This document shows positions 53,498 through 64,000 of a stretch of 64,000 bases of DNA, one piece after another (position 1 is the stretch's first letter; every line of letters begins with the position of its first letter). The notes beneath the pieces were generated by a model. It was not told where the DNA came from and searched no databases. It saw nothing but the letters and a program-made list of their open reading frames with translations. The stretch lies in assembly GCA_001179505.1 (NCBI GenBank), contig CDMY01000347.1, forward strand, positions 372,001 to 436,000, in the 5' to 3' direction. Both the position numbers and the translations under genes were made by a program. This DNA comes from Vitrella brassicaformis CCMP3155. Taxonomy: Eukaryota > Protista > Chromerida.

Positions 53498-54712
53498 ATG
53501 GGGGAAAGCTGTCGGTTTCTAGTTAGGGAGGGGGGAGAGGGGACAGCGCCATGCAATTGCTGGACAGTTTGTCGTTGTGCAGATAAGCGCGTATGTGACG
53601 TATGTGACACAACCACTCCACTCCACTCGCTGAGCTGCCTCTCTGGCCACAACGACGATCGCAATCAATCTCACTGTCTGTGTCTATGTGTCGGCTACAC
53701 ACATAAGGGGAGGGAGGGTGCATGTTGTGTCTTCGCTGTCCAGTGGTCCTTCATATGAGGTCGAGAGCCGTGCACACGGCGGCGAGAGCGGGTGCATTGT
53801 CGTGTTTGTAGTGTTTCGCGCGTGTGTGATGTGAGGCTGACAGTGAGGACCTGGGACCCCGAGACACACACACACACGTGTACCACACATATTTGGGCAG
53901 AGAGCCTGCCAGCCAGCCTTCATCAGTCGACCAATGGATGGACCAATCCTCCGTCGAGTCGACCTTGTTATGTGATTGATTTGTGCCCGTGCGTGTTCAC
54001 GTCAGTCAGGGATTCACGTTCATGCGACGCGACACCGATCAGGGATGAATGGAATGGATCGGTGGGTAGGGGATTTTGTCTGTTTCTTGTGAGGGCTTTA
54101 GTCAACGGAAGAAGGAGGGAGGGAGAGAGGGACAGTGCAATCACTGGACTGTTTAGTACGTCGCTCTACCACCACTGAGCTGCCTGCCTGCCTGCCTGCC
54201 TGGCCACAGTTGACGACTGCAACCTCGCTGTCTATGTGTGTGTGTATGCGTATGGGATGGAGCGAGGGGTGCATACGTCATCCATCGTACATTAGACACA
54301 GATGGGGAGACAGAGACACACACGACCGGAGAGCTATGTCATTGGTGACAGGTCGTGGATTGGGGGGTAGGGGGGTGGGTGGGGGAAGGCATGGAGCGTA
54401 TGTGTGTGGCACAGCGTCCATGCCTCTGGTCTCTGATTTATCAACACTAGGTCGAGTTTTGCTGTCGACTTTCCCCCACGTCAGTAAGTGCCATTGTGCT
54501 TAGAGTGTGTGAATCGTTGTATGCCGAGACTTCGATGGATGGATTCCTTGACGCGACAAGAGAAGCAGACACAGGCTAGGTAGGGGGTTTCTCGCATGGA
54601 TGGATGGCTGTCAGACACAACTACAACTACCTGGCTGGCTACAAGGACGCACTGACGCACGCATCGATATCACCACCGTCTGTCTGCTTGGTCCCGTCTC
54701 TTGGTTTCTTTC

Positions 54713-57098
54713 TCACGCAACGCAGTGGCACAGCGAGGGCAGGATCTGCTCGTGCAGCGTCCGCCAGCCCACCTGCCTCACACGCCACTGCCGTCCCCTC
54801 CTCCTGGCCCTTCTTCGTGGAAACCCTCTTCTCCGCCTCACGCCTATCCCCCTCCGTGCTGTGGCCATTCTCACAGGGGGACGATATAGCCCGTTTCTCA
54901 CGTCAGTCCGCCACATGCACTGCACGTGAGCGGCCGTCACGTGATGCACCTGAAGAGTGGAAAGAAAGAGGCATGATGCATGTTCGTGTGTGTCTGTAGT
55001 CTCCTGTGCGATAGATAAAGCATACCATCCACGTGTTGTTTTGTATCGGTGCCCACGGACTGCCGCATTTAGGCTCGAACGCCATGCGCGTCCGATCCCT
55101 GTCGTCCAGCTGCAGGAAGGAACAAAGGACAGAGAGAACAGCAGATAGCAGCGTGCCGATCGTCCTTGAATGTGTGGGCGAGGACCTGACCTGCAGGCCC
55201 GTTTTGTTGTGCTTGAAAACGAGAGTCCACAGCCACAGCCCAATCGTGATGTCGTCGTACTGCAGCAGCGGGTAGGAGCTATCACTGCTGCCCGCCTCCA
55301 CCAGCAGGCCGACAATGTCTCGTGAGAGGGCAAAGCACGGCCCCAGGGCGAAAGGCGGATAAACATCACGCGGCTCGGGAAAGGCCTGTGTATGTGGCAG
55401 GGCAGAGTGGGAAAAGCGTGTGACCAGCAGTCTATCTGCTTTGCTCACGTCTAGAGTGATGTTGTTTTCGGAGCTGGGCTTGCGCACGACATGCGAGCCG
55501 TACTCGATGAACCTGACACACACACACACAGAAATGGAGACGAGACGACTATTTGTCGCTGTCTCGCTTGGTGTCTTACCCCCATAAGTACTCGGCCCTC
55601 GGCGAATGCTGTAGCCGCTCGAGCAGATACAGCGGGCGAAGATACACATCGTCGTCAACTATGGTGAGGTACGACCAATGCCCGCTTCCGACCTTGCCCC
55701 TGGTGCCACGATTGACCTCTCGAAAGACCACCATCTGCCCGTTGTGTGGGCTCTCAGCCTCGCTGATCGACTTGACGTAATCGGCGGACCCCATATGGAC
55801 GTATCTAAGGATCTCGATGGTCTTCCTTGTCACGTGCCACTCATAGCCATCGTTCGCCCACACCATAACGATATCGCGGTGCTGCCGCTGCTCCTCCAAA
55901 AGCATGCTGGCCTCATCCGTTGTCGCATTGGCGGATGATGTGTCGTTGGTCAGGCCGACGAAGAAGATCAACCGAGAGTTTTTGAGAGAAGCCTTGCCCA
56001 CGATGCCACGGAACAGCCGACCCCATGACATCCGAATAGCATCTCGACGCCCTCTGTGTCCCACCGCCGACTTCACTGCGAATATCGCCAGGTGCCGATC
56101 AGCCCCCATCGCCCTCTCTTCACACAAGGCCGTGGCGTGTCTCATGAGCCGCTCGTGGTGCGACAGACGGTAGCGGTAGCGCATCAGCAGCGACACCATG
56201 TGAGCGGCATTCCTCCTCGCCCACACGTGGTGGGGGCTAAGCTGAGAGCCCAGGTATACGATGGCCCTGTCAGGCCTGAAGTTTTCGATGGGCATCACGG
56301 CAAACGGTAGGAAGAAGCTGATTTGTTTGAGGGATAGGAAGTCGTGGTTGCCGTCGACCAGAGGAATGCCTCCATACATGATGCATGTGATGAAAGCTGG
56401 GAGGAGGGCGTGGGAGCGGGAATCGCCTCTGCCGGGCAGCAAGAAGCTGAACACTGCCTTGGAAAGAAACAAAAACAGACACAGAATACACATAAGACAG
56501 AGAAAGACTCTCTGTTTCAACCCTTACCGTATCTCTGGCAGGCTTCTCTGAGGCTATCCGAGCGTGCTAGTGAGCTGCCAGCCTCCGCCACATACACGGC
56601 ACCAGGCATGACCACAATGGATGCCTCTACAATCTGATGTGCATCGAGACCTTCCCGTACTGCAATGGTCGCTCGCGCCGATGCTGGTGCTGAGGCCTTC
56701 ACTGGCACCAACAACGACAGAACCTGGGTCCTGTTGCCATCAAATATGACGCCGCTCCTGCTGGTGTCGAACGCATCCAGCATCTTGAACAGACCTGGCT
56801 TCGTGTGGGTGAGAGAGGTCGGGACGAATGGCTTCTCGAGATAGTACAGCCGCTTTGCCCCGTCGAAGGCCATGAACGGCACCAGGGCGGGGCGCTCCGT
56901 CAGGACTGCATCGAATTGAAGATGCTGGGCCATCGCATCTCCAAAGCGGTCCACGAGAATGCGGCATGATGTGGGTGAAGCCGACGGATGGCTGACATTG
57001 CCGAGAGGACGAAGTGAGCCGTCCGGTGTGATCAATGAGAGGTCGATTGATGGCGCAGCGGCTGCAGCCGCGAGGAAACAAGCGATAAATCGATGCAT
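54713..57098 (-). CDS. GT31 beta-1,3-galactosyltransferase-family protein with an extended N-terminal region
   Basis: IFAVKSAVGHRGRRDAIRMSWG, IFFVG, IVDDDVYL (DxD), YLWG, YPPFALGPCFALSRDIV, DDITIGLWL. Upstream exon MHRFIACFLAAAAAA…ACQRY can splice in phase (donor 56528, acceptor about 56459). Confidence 0.82.
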
Positions 57099-57115
57099 GG
57101 GAGGGTGTCTACAGA

Positions 57116-57415
57116 NNNNNNNNNNNNNNNNNNNNNNNNNNNNNNNNNNNNNNNNNNNNNNNNNNNNNNNNNNNNNNNNNNNNNNNNNNNNNNNNNNNNN
57201 NNNNNNNNNNNNNNNNNNNNNNNNNNNNNNNNNNNNNNNNNNNNNNNNNNNNNNNNNNNNNNNNNNNNNNNNNNNNNNNNNNNNNNNNNNNNNNNNNNNN
57301 NNNNNNNNNNNNNNNNNNNNNNNNNNNNNNNNNNNNNNNNNNNNNNNNNNNNNNNNNNNNNNNNNNNNNNNNNNNNNNNNNNNNNNNNNNNNNNNNNNNN
57401 NNNNNNNNNNNNNNN
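57116..57415. other. Assembly gap (300 N)
   Basis: N run. Confidence 1.
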
Positions 57416-59300
57416 CTCCCAGCCACCCACTCACCGCCGTCAATGAGGTCCTTGTCGATGTTGAGGTAATCATAGATCTTGCCAATGATGTCGATGTCGG
57501 TTTGGTTCTTGACATCAAGGTCGATCAAATCCTTCACCAGGTCATAGATCTTGCCGATGATGTCGATGTCGGTGTAGTCCTTGACATCAAGGTCGATCGA
57601 ACCCTTCACCAGGTCATAGATCTTGCCGATGATGTCGATGTCGGTGTAGTCCTTGACATCAAGGTCGATCAAATCCTTCACCAGGTCATACACCTGCACA
57701 GACACCAGACGCCACACAGCACACGAATCATGGGGGAGGGGTGTCGAGGGGAGGATTCGGTGGCTGACAGACCTTGTCAGGGATGTTCCCGGTGATGTTC
57801 TTGGCGATGTCAAGGTAGTCATAGAGCTTCTCCGCCAGGTCTGCACACACATACACGCACACACACACGCAGGCAAGGAACAAGGAAGGAACCATTAGAG
57901 CACACACATGTGTCTCCGTTTCTGTCTGTGTCTCTATCTCTATCTCTCTGTGTCTCCCAGCCACCCACTCACCGCCGTCAATGAGGTCCTTGTCGATGTT
58001 GAGGTAATCATAGATCTTGCCAACGATGTCGATGTCGGTGTAGTTCTTGACATCAAGGTCGATCAAATCTTTCACCAGGTCATACACCTGCACAGACACC
58101 AGACGCCACACAGCACACGAATCATCGGGGAGGGGTGTCGAGGGGAGGATTCGGTGGCTGACAGACCTTGTCAGTGATGTCCCCAGGGATGTTCTTGGCG
58201 ATGTCAAGGTAGTCATAGAGCTTCTCCGCCAGGTCTGCACACACATACACACACACACACACACACGCAGGCAAGGAACAAGGAACCATTAGAGCACACA
58301 CATGTCTCCGTTTCTGTCTGTGTCTCTATCTCTATCTCTCTGTCTCCCAGCCACCCACTCACCGCCGTCAATGAGGTCCTTGTCGATGTTGAGGTAATCA
58401 TAGATCTTGCCAATGATGTCGATGTCGGTTTGGTTCTTGACATCAAGGTCGATCAAATCCTTCACCAGGTCATAGATCTTGCCGATGATGTCGATGTCGG
58501 TGTAGTTCTTGACATCAAGGTCGATCGAACCCTTCACCAGGTCATAGATCTTGCCGATGATGTCGATGTCGATGTCGGTGTGGTCCTTGACATCAAGGTC
58601 GATCAAATCCTTCACCAGGTCATAGATCTTGCCGATGATATCGATGTCGGTGTAGTCCTTGACATCAAGGTCGATCAAATCCTTCACCAGGTCATACACC
58701 TGCACAGACACCAGACGCCACACAGCACACGAATCATGGGGGAGGGGTGTCGAGGGGAGGATTCGGTGGCTGACAGACCTTGTCAGTGATGTTCCCAGGG
58801 ATGTTCTTGGCGATGTCAAGGTAGTCGTCGGGCTGCACACGAGCACATGACAAAGAATCATGGGGAAGGTGTGTGGAGGGGAGGATTCGGTGCCTGATAG
58901 ACCTTGTCAGGGATGTCCCCAGGGATGTTCTTGGCGATGTCAAGGTAGTCATAGAGCTTCTCCGCCAGGTCTGCACACACACACACACACACGCAGGCAA
59001 GGAACAAGGAAGGAACCGTTAGAGCACACACATGTGTCTCCGTTTCTGTCTGTGTCTCTATCTCTATCCCTATCTCTCTCTGTCTCCCAGCCACCCACTC
59101 ACCGCCGTCAATGAGGTCCTTGTCGATGTTGAGGTAATCATAGATCTTGCCTGTCTCCCAGCCACCCACTCACCGCCGTCAATGAGGTCCTTGTCGATGT
59201 TGAGGTAATCATAGATCTTGCCAATGATGTCGATGTCGGTGTAGTTCTTGACATCAAGGTCGATCAAATCTTTCACCAGGTCATACACCTGCACAGACAC
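57416..59300 (-). repeat. Nested tandem repeats: 72-bp coding units within exon-intron units of about 400-700 bp
   Basis: 72-bp period (catagatctt at 57471 and 57543). The intron text cacctgcacagacaccagacgccacacagc recurs at about 57690, 58085, 58700 and 59285. Confidence 0.92.
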
Positions 59301-60250
59301 CAGACGCCACACAGCACACGCGTGTGGGTGTACCCCCCACACTCACGACTCACTCACCCCATCAAGGTCGGGCGAGGTGGTTTCCGCAAGCACCTTCAAA
59401 TCCTCATAGATATCCTGTGGCCGCCGAGACACACACAGAAGGCACAATTGACTGAGATGACAGGCTCAGCCCTCACCCACCCACCTCGATCTTGTCGATG
59501 ATCTCAATGTCGTAGATTTTGTCGAGGCCGTCGTCGACGATGCCCGCGACACCGTCAACCACCTTGTCGCCGACATCCGTGGCTATGTCATCGACCCCTG
59601 ATAGGATGGCACACAACGCAGCAGGTCAGGATGGATGTGAGGCGCGCCCATCAGTCAGTCTGTCTGTCCCCTGTCACGCGTCTGTTTCCCTGACTGACTC
59701 ACCGTCGACCACGTCCTTGACGTCGTCATAGATCGAGTCGAGAACGTCAACATCTGCCCAGCACAGACGCGCACAACCACCATGAGTCTTCCATGACCAT
59801 CAACCAGCTCATCCTGTTGGCTCACCGGTGGTGTTTTTGTCAAGGTCGATGATGTCGTCCAGGTAGTCGTACACCTTGTCAACCGTGTCAGTGACATCGT
59901 CATGCACCTGCTCTCACACACCGTACACGACACACGAACGACACAAAGGTGTATGCAACCGCGCATACTGTGAGTGGGAGGAAGCCAAGGCCCAGCTGAC
60001 CACCCCCCCGGTGCAGGTGAGTGCGCAGGTGGGAGGGGCGGCCGGCCGGTCACGCACGCACACACGCCTGCCACGCCCCTCCCCTCACCTTGTCGGGGTC
60101 GATAATGTCCCTGATGATGCCCAGAATGCCGTCGATCATAATCTCTGTCTCGTGCCCCTGCAGGCGGCGCTTCTCGCTGCTGCTCAAGAATGCGTCATTG
60201 GCGTGGCAGACCACGCACAGCGCGGCCAGCAGAGAGAGCGCCCTGATCAT
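57416..60250 (-). CDS. Secreted tandem-repeat protein (24-aa DLVKDLIDLDVKDYTDIDIIGKIY units); 3' end in gap
   Basis: Signal MIRALSLLAALCVVCHA, then SSEKRRLQ. Repeated exon pair DLAEKLYDYLDIAKNIPGNIPDK | VY(24-aa unit)n DYLNIDKDLIDG, with the introns duplicated too. Confidence 0.8.
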
Positions 60251-60537
60251 TCTGTCTGCTGACGGACGGGGCGCGGAGGGAGGAAGGGGCAGGCTGGAAG
60301 AGGGAGGGTCGACGGTCAATGGGGCTTCCTTGTGGCGCCAGGCACTCACCGCCGCTCTCTTAAAAAGGGAACATACAGGGACACTACGCAGCGCGCGTCT
60401 TTGATGGTTTTTGAGTGAGACGAGCAGCCTGTACGGGGAAACCCTAGGTCAACATGCAGCCGTTCAAGTTGTAAATTGACTCGCTTTTGACTTTGGGAAG
60501 AAGGGGCAGCGACACCGCTCACACGAGGCCACGATCG

Positions 60538-62344
60538 ATGATGCGGCGAGGCGTCGCGTTGCTCCTCGTCGCAGCGGCGGGGCTGACGCTCGCCACAGAC
60601 GATTTCATGAACAAGCAGAAGCAGCCACAGCAGCAACAGCAGGCTGGAGAGGGGCAGCAGGTGGATCAGAGGCGTCTGCAGGAGATCAACGCCAGCCGGG
60701 CAGTAGAGGAGAGGAAAAACCGAACGGCCATGTACAAGTAAGCAGCTCGGCTCACCAGGCAGACACCGGAACTTAACTCGCTGTCATTGTGGCGTTGATG
60801 CTTATGCAGGTTCATGCAGAATACGATGCCCCTTGAGGATAGGAAGAAGACACTCGGCCTTATTATGACGTGAGATCGATGCACGAGGGAGGGAGGGAGG
60901 GAGGGAGGGTCTTCACTCACTCACTCGCTCGCCTCCCTCGGCGTGTGCGTGCATTGCTTGTTGTGTGGGTGCGGTGCAGTGACTCGGCGCTGCGGACGCC
61001 TCAAGAGAAGGTGACCGACCTGCTGGATCCTATAAATCTGGCTCCGACCGATGTCAAGTTCCTTGAGGACTTCTATGCCCTCATCGACGGCACGTACAAG
61101 GACGACGAGCTCATCTTCGGTCCGCCACACGCCGCACGCCACACACAAACCGGCACCTGCACACACGAGGACAAGCCATCACGCGCGTGTGTGTGTCTGC
61201 GACTGCTTGCAGGTCTGTTGCCAAAAGGATTCTTCAAGGGTTTGCCCGGGTTTGTTTTGGGCCTTCCTGCTGCCTTAGTTGACGCGATACCCGTGCTCGA
61301 GGCCATCGAAAATCCCCCATACCCCGGCTTCATCACCATCTCGACAGAAGAGCAGTGCCTGACTGAGAAGGAGGGCACCACGGAGCTTGTGGGGTACGAC
61401 CTGAAGCTCAACGAGTGCTTCCTCAAGTGTCAGCTCCGGTCTGGCTGCACGGGCATCACATACGAGCAGACAGACGAGGACGGTCAGTGTGCACACACGA
61501 GTGAGAGACGTGTCTGTCCAGTGAGTGAGTGTATGTGGATGTGGCGCTCTCGTCGCTTGGCCTGTGTGTCTGCAGGGGTGGCGATTGAGCAGTGTTATGT
61601 CCACACCAGCAAGGTCACCGGATCTGATCCCGTGACGTGCTTCGAGAGGATTTTCTTTGACGGCGACACAGAGACGGGCTTCAACGAGACGTTCGTTGAG
61701 ACCGGCCAGGGCAAGTGCCGGCTGTCAGACGGAACAGACTCATCGGCACCCAAGCCACCCAAATTCAGTCAGTATTCCACCGCCCGACACCAACACAGCC
61801 TGTGCACACTTCGGTGTGGGTCTTTTCTGTGTGCTGGCTGGTTTGAATGAACAGTTGAAGAGTCGGTCGAGGTTGAGGACATTATTGCGTGTGCGGAGCT
61901 CTGTGTGGAGGCGGGCGAGAACTGCCAGGGCATTGAGTTCCTCGGCGAGGTCGAACTCGATGAGGACGAAAATGCCAGCAGTGGCGCCGGCAGATGCAGT
62001 AAGTGCACTCACTGCACACCACGGGGTGTGCAGGCCAGGCCAGTCAGAGAAATCAAGCAAGGAAGGAACAAGCCGACAGACAGATGGACGCTAGCTACTA
62101 ATGCTGGAATCTTCTGTGTCTGTCTGTCTGGCTGTCTGTCTGTGTATCTCTGCCTAAGTCCTTCAAAGCCACGGGCCGCCCAGCCGCTTTGCCGTCCCGC
62201 AATGCTACGTCAACGTAAGAAAGAGAAACACCGGCAGCCCAGCCCGTGTGTGTCACTCACTTCCGTCCGTTGGTTGTGTCTGCCTGGTTGCAGCTGCCCA
62301 CGGGCCTATTCGGCCTCGGCAAGCTGGGCCTCGATTATGTCTGA
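60538..62344 (+). CDS. Secreted protein with two PAN/apple-like domains
   Basis: Signal MMRRGVALLLVAAAGLTLA, RRLQE; ECFLKCQLRSGCTGITY…CYVH; IIACAELCVEAGENCQGIEF…GRC; spliced end PQCYVN|LPTGLFGLGKLGLDYV*. Confidence 0.75.
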
Positions 62345-63061
62345 GCCATCCCAGCAGCTCAACAACGCCCTCTACAATGCTTCCTGTGTATTACCATGCT
62401 CTTTGCCTCCCCCACCGTCCCCTCTCTGCCGACTCTCTTGGCTGTCCCTCCCTCCCTCCCTCACTCCCTCCCCCTCTCTCTCTCTCTCTCTCTCTGAGCA
62501 CCTGATTGAGTCTTGTCAGTGTCAGTCAGTACTTAAAGCTAGTGTGCGACGGTGCGTGCGTCTATGTGTGCGTGGATGAGCCAGGTCCCTTTCGCGAGTA
62601 AGGCCCCTGATTGCTGTGGCAAAGTTCGGCAGCCACCAGGGGCCGGTACGTTCGCGGGCACCTGGTAAGGTGACGAGTCAGTGACAAGTGAGTGCATGAG
62701 TAGTGAGTGGCACGTAGGCTTCGCTGTCATGTGGTGTGGTGCATGTACGTGCGTGTGCCTGTGAGTAATGGATGGATGGATGGATGGATGTGACAGACAT
62801 TGGATGATAGCATTCTTAATGTGTCGCGCGTCCAGCCCATCAGCCATCCTGCATGTCAGTCAAACAATAAATCAATCAATCATGGGTCATTGTCATTCAT
62901 TCATTCAGTGATTCACTGCAGACAACTCCCTCGGTTGCTTCGCTTGGGAGACGGCCGTAATCCTGGCCTGACTGGCCACGAGGTGGCCGGCCATGGGTGT
63001 CTCACATCACCCATTCATGGTCAATATAGCCGGCCACCCTATATAGAAACACCCACCCACC

Positions 63062-63180
63062 CACCTCCCCCGTCGGGTCTTCCGGCGGAAGAGCCGACGG
63101 GAGAGGTGTACGTATACATGTATTTGTACGAATGTGTACCCTGTAAAGGGTATACGTACACCTCTCCCGTCGGCTCTTCC
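63062..63180. repeat. Nested inverted repeats (perfect 31-bp arms at 63087-63117 and 63150-63180, plus a degenerate third arm at 63062-63083)
   Basis: ggaagagccgacgggagaggtgtacgtatac is the exact reverse complement of gtatacgtacacctctcccgtcggctcttcc. Confidence 0.9.
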
Positions 63181-63480
63181 NNNNNNNNNNNNNNNNNNNN
63201 NNNNNNNNNNNNNNNNNNNNNNNNNNNNNNNNNNNNNNNNNNNNNNNNNNNNNNNNNNNNNNNNNNNNNNNNNNNNNNNNNNNNNNNNNNNNNNNNNNNN
63301 NNNNNNNNNNNNNNNNNNNNNNNNNNNNNNNNNNNNNNNNNNNNNNNNNNNNNNNNNNNNNNNNNNNNNNNNNNNNNNNNNNNNNNNNNNNNNNNNNNNN
63401 NNNNNNNNNNNNNNNNNNNNNNNNNNNNNNNNNNNNNNNNNNNNNNNNNNNNNNNNNNNNNNNNNNNNNNNNNNNNNNNN
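63181..63480. other. Assembly gap (300 N)
   Basis: N run. Confidence 1.
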
Positions 63481-63963
63481 ACTGAGGTCCCAGACCTGCA
63501 CGCGGCCCTCCTGGTCGCCCAGCAGCACCTCTGCTTGGTTGGCATGCAGCGCCGCCCCGTGGACAGGCACCGGCGCGCTGGCCGTGGTGGCCATGGTGGC
63601 CGTGGAGGTGCTCTCGTTGTCGAGCGAGAGCTGGTAGCCGGTGCCGCGGCAGTCCCAGATCTTGACGCTGCTGTCCTCGCTGGACGAGAAGAACCAGCGG
63701 CCGGTCTTCTCGAACCCGACGCTCGTAACGTTGCTGGTGTGTCCGTCCATGGTGCTGACGGCCGTGTTGCTGGCGGAGGAAAGGTCGAAGAGCTTCATGA
63801 GGGGGTTGCCGGCGCAGAGCACCTGGGTCTTGTCCGGGGTGACCTCCAGGCAGTTGATGTGTGAGTCATTGTAGGGGATGGTGCGGAAACACTGACCCAG
63901 GTGGGCATTCCAGTAGCGAAGGGTGTGGTCGTACCCGCCGGTTATCAGCAGAGGCAGATCCAT
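63481..63963 (-). CDS. LST8: LST8 third copy (diverged paralogue; 3' part not visible)
   Basis: Same exon 1 with several substitutions (LASASN to LSSASN, AGAPVP to ASAPVP, plus synonymous changes). Confidence 0.8.
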
Positions 63964-64000
63964 CAGTCGAATGAGTCAGTCAGCGGTGGCACCCGTCATA

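Noticed and set aside
57416-59300. Regular repeats as a CRISPR-like array
   Set aside because: Units are in-frame 72-bp coding repeats without unique spacers, in a spliced eukaryotic gene with no cas genes.
60439-60447. AAACCCTAG telo-box-like motif in a divergent spacer (also at 29384-29392)
   Set aside because: Only two imperfect hits, one between convergent genes; cannot be distinguished from chance by eye.
62581-62665. SECIS element
   Set aside because: No AUGA/GA quartet, and the upstream PAN gene has no in-frame UGA to recode.

Overview
Intron-rich, GC-rich eukaryotic DNA with short GT-AG introns full of microsatellites ((CA)n, (GACA)n, (CCAT)n, (GCCT)n) and five 300-N assembly gaps. 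The style and gene content (bipartite plastid-targeting leaders, HT1-like hexose transporter, PAN/apple protein) suggest a chromerid alveolate such as Vitrella; this is inference. About 18 spliced loci were reconstructed by hand. Recognisable genes: malic enzyme, OPA3-like, EF-hand protein, beta-lactamase-family hydrolase, YchJ/SEC-C, Atos/FAM214, SET-domain protein, LST8 (three copies, one probably an assembly overlap), hexose transporter, GT31 glycosyltransferase and a PAN/apple protein. Most unusual: (i) a secreted, intron-containing protein built like a phage tail fibre (GDVxA repeats, degenerate S74 chaperone, coiled coil), with one splice acceptor inside a perfect 15-bp hairpin; (ii) a 7.4-kb modular secreted protein (bacterial-type beta-helix plus three EF-hand/cadherin-like modules) punctuated by RxL(xD/E) motifs resembling PEXEL/TEXEL sites, which also follow signal peptides in neighbouring genes; (iii) a D/I/L/K/Y tandem-repeat secreted protein; (iv) a 12-kb repetitive locus with in-frame stops at duplicated-module junctions; (v) eight head-to-head gene pairs. 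Exon boundaries were read by eye and domain calls rest on remembered motifs, not searches.
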